From a virus: 43,339 nucleotides of DNA. Shown here in pieces: positions 41,930 through 43,339 of this stretch. The stretch spans positions 1 through 43,339 of the IMG/VR virus record IMGVR_UViG_3300031949_000080, one strand, 5' to 3'. A model generated the notes under the pieces. It made no database searches, was not told the DNA's origin, and saw nothing but the letters and a program-made list of their open reading frames with translations. Both the position numbers and the translations under genes were made by a program. Numbering within the stretch: the first letter of the stretch is position 1; each line of letters opens with the position of its first letter.

Positions 41930-42170
41930 CGGGAAATCCGACCCCTTTTTCGGGTTTGGTTAGTTAGCAACTAGTCAGGGTACAAACAGGTAAGTTAGTA
42001 GTTATGTATAGCAGTAGTTGGTAACTAGGGGGTATGATGTATTTTGAAAATTTATTGACGGCCTAAAAGTTACACTAAGAGAATTATGTCAGATATTACA
42101 GGTCTTGGGCATGAGTAGTTGGTAAACAGGAAAGACTGAAAAAGAGGGGTAAATTACAGTGAGGGGTGGG

Positions 42171-42246
42171 GTGATATGAAGATATATGGGGTATGTGAGG
42201 TATACTGGGTATACTGGGTATGTCAGGTATATGAGATATATGGGGG
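42171..42246. repeat. Right iteron array (IR-R): GTGATATG...TATGTGAGGTAT, (GGGTATACT)x2, GGTATGTCAGGTAT...TATATGGGGG
   Basis: Its reverse complement begins CCCCCATATA and ends CATATCAC like IR-L, and shares the CTGACATACC and ATACCTCACATA blocks. It has ~9-bp periodicity. Confidence 0.85.
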
Positions 42247-42256
42247 ACTGAAATAA
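42176..42256 (+). CDS. Possible 26-aa leader ORF (MKIYGVCEVYWVYWVCQVYEIYGGLK) encoded by IR-R and stop-start coupled (TAATG) to the SprT-like gene
   Basis: The ATG at 42176 follows gaGGGGtGGGGtgat. Its TAA at 42254-42256 shares an A with the ATG at 42256. A mirror 37-aa frame exists on the minus strand of IR-L (41801..41914). Confidence 0.25.
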   Translation: MKIYGVCEVYWVYWVCQVYEIYGGLK

Positions 42257-42687
42257 TGCTTAATAGTTATGACGCAGAACAATACATTCTAGCTACCAGT
42301 TCAGCTATATGGAAAATAGCTAGAATGTATTATGAAGAGTTGCCAGAACAGCCACCTAAAATTGTGTGCAGTTCTGAAGCAACAAAGTATGCGGGAGTGG
42401 CATACTTTAATCTAACTAAAGGGATTAAGTATAATCTAGCCTTTATATGTTCTATGGAGAATCATACAGAATTCGATAGAACAATTGCACACGAATTAGC
42501 ACATGTAATACAGTTTAGGTTATACCCTAGAGCTAAACAAGCTCACGGCCCAGAGTTTAGAGCTATTATGTTGGTGTTAGGGTATAATGGTAGTACGTAT
42601 CACAGTTATAGTGTTAGTAAAGCAAAGAGTATAGCAAAGAGTTTACAGCAGGATGATCTGCTAAAAGAGTTAGGAATAGATTTATAG
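42256..42687 (+). CDS. SprT-like zinc metallopeptidase (143 aa) ending ...DDLLKELGIDL
   Basis: HExxH (TIAHELAHVIQF) with downstream HGPEF, and an SprT-like N-terminal YAGVAYF... Confidence 0.65.
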   Translation: MLNSYDAEQYILATSSAIWKIARMYYEELPEQPPKIVCSSEATKYAGVAYFNLTKGIKYNLAFICSMENHTEFDRTIAHELAHVIQFRLYPRAKQAHGPEFRAIMLVLGYNGSTYHSYSVSKAKSIAKSLQQDDLLKELGIDL

Positions 42688-42717
42688 TCAGAGTAACTAA
42701 TAGAGATGGAGACAATC

Positions 42718-42858
42718 ATGGTTAAAAGATTTCGCATATTTACTTCCGTATATCAGTATCATAGCTGGTTACGGGGTATTGACAGGAGACTGGTACAGGT
42801 GTACAGTGTGGTAAAATGGGATAACTTGAGGATTGAAGTAAGTTATTGGGAGGTATAG
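42718..42858 (+). CDS. Hypothetical small protein (46 aa), below the track cut-off
   Basis: GGAGA lies 7 nt upstream of the ATG at 42718. The frame is open to the TAG at 42856-42858. Confidence 0.35.
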   Translation: MVKRFRIFTSVYQYHSWLRGIDRRLVQVYSVVKWDNLRIEVSYWEV

Positions 42859-42991
42859 CCAAAGGCTACTGCATCATCTTCAGCACTGCTGTTTATCACT
42901 ATTGCGTGGCAGATTAATAACTGGCAAATGTGAGAAAGTCTGCACTGTGTAGTACACTATGTAGCATGATATGCTGTGACAGAGTGTATCA

Positions 42992-43009
42992 TGATGCAAT
43001 GTTGCATCA
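42992..43009. promoter_or_regulatory. Perfect 18-bp palindrome TGATGCAA-TG-TTGCATCA upstream of the Ala-repeat gene
   Basis: Read directly, 24 nt upstream of the ATG at 43033. It contains a TTGCAT hexamer. Confidence 0.55.
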
Positions 43010-43032
43010 CCCTAAAAGAAAGGTCAGTAATC

Positions 43033-43339
43033 ATGGAATCAGTAATCATGAAGGGGAAACACAAAGTAACAGTTACAATAGCAGATATTGTAGCTGCTAA
43101 ACCATGTAGCGATGAGTGGAAAGACAGGCTGCCTGCTGATATGGATGCAGCAAAATTTTTGGTACCTGTCAATGTGTTAGATATATACAAATCTCATGGT
43201 ATGAAAGACATGCTTTGGTGTTTAACTAAAACAGGTAATAAACAGTTATGCGTAGCTATAGCTATAGCTTTCGCTGAGGATGTATTGAATATATTTGAGA
43301 GTAAGTACCCTTCAGACACTAGACCGAGAAAAGCTATAG
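43033..43339 (+). CDS. 5' part of the junction-spanning Ala-repeat protein gene (continues at base 128 of the window; 43213-43339 duplicates 1-127)
   Basis: The ATG at 43033 is preceded by aaAGGTcagtaatc. The frame is open to the window end and in phase with frame 1 at the window start. It encodes MESVIMKGKHKVTVTIADIVAAKPCSDEWKDRL.... Confidence 0.7.
   Translation, partial: MESVIMKGKHKVTVTIADIVAAKPCSDEWKDRLPADMDAAKFLVPVNVLDIYKSHGMKDMLWCLTKTGNKQLCVAIAIAFAEDVLNIFESKYPSDTRPRKAI

Noticed and set aside
42104-42122. A second sigma54-like motif, CTTGGGCATGAGTAGTTGG, resembling the one at 40975-40992.
   Set aside because: An extra G breaks the GG-N10-GC spacing, and TTGG replaces TTGC. It shares CTTGG-CATGAGTA-TTG with the first site, so it may be a related sequence remnant, but it does not qualify as a -24/-12 promoter.
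41860-42250. Possible CRISPR-like array, because of the repeated ATACCTCACATA / GGGTATACT units.
   Set aside because: The units are only 9-12 bp, directly abutting or overlapping with no spacers, and occur as two inverted arrays. This is iteron or IR architecture, not a CRISPR.
42957-43190. A 77-aa minus-strand ORF in the spacer and 5' part of the Ala-repeat gene.
   Set aside because: It is antisense to the well-supported start region of the junction-spanning gene, has no SD, and is isolated from the minus-strand operon.

Overview
The window is a complete, circularly closed dsDNA tailed-phage genome. The first 127 nt are identical to the last 127 nt, so the unique length is 43,212 bp. I could not recognise an integrase, lysogeny module, tRNA, CRISPR array or phage RNA polymerase. 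Consensus-like sigma70 promoters suggest host-RNAP transcription, and spanins imply a Gram-negative host.

The genome has two arms.
- The rightward (+) early/replication arm runs 41049 -> junction -> 18292. It carries a stand-alone 238-aa gene, a SprT-like peptidase, a junction-spanning Ala-repeat protein and many small orphans. It also carries a RecD/Dda-like helicase, a GC-rich accessory island, a Cas4-like nuclease, an AAA_24-like ATPase and an amber-interrupted small gene. The remaining replication genes are a DUF669-like SSB, an HNH-AP2 endonuclease, a family-A DNA polymerase, a DUF3987-like P-loop protein and a DnaQ-like exonuclease.
- The leftward (-) late arm runs 40621 -> 18366. It carries TerS, TerL, portal, scaffold, major capsid and tail proteins, then a GC-rich tail-fibre cassette. 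These are followed by an M15 endolysin, a holin and Rz with an embedded Rz1. Last come three T7-style internal-core-like proteins (one of 1623 aa) and a terminal GC-rich moron.

The arms diverge from a control region at 40622-41048 and converge on a bidirectional terminator near 18308-18340.

Most interesting items:
1. A junction-spanning gene whose C-terminal ~140 codons are a pure GCT-GCT-NAT array, bracketed by ~21-nt direct repeats.
2. A 490-bp non-coding hub (41766-42255) in which two ~80-bp inverted iteron arrays bracket a 251-bp core and overlap a start-coupled leader ORF.
3. A divergent control region holding a perfect 15-bp palindrome, repeated half-sites and a near-consensus sigma54-type -24/-12 element.
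4. Two divergent paralogous, codon-optimised, stand-alone early genes (210 and 238 aa).
5. An in-frame TAG inside a conserved small replication-module gene.
6. Several compositionally foreign islands.

All family assignments come from motif recognition by eye, not from searches.
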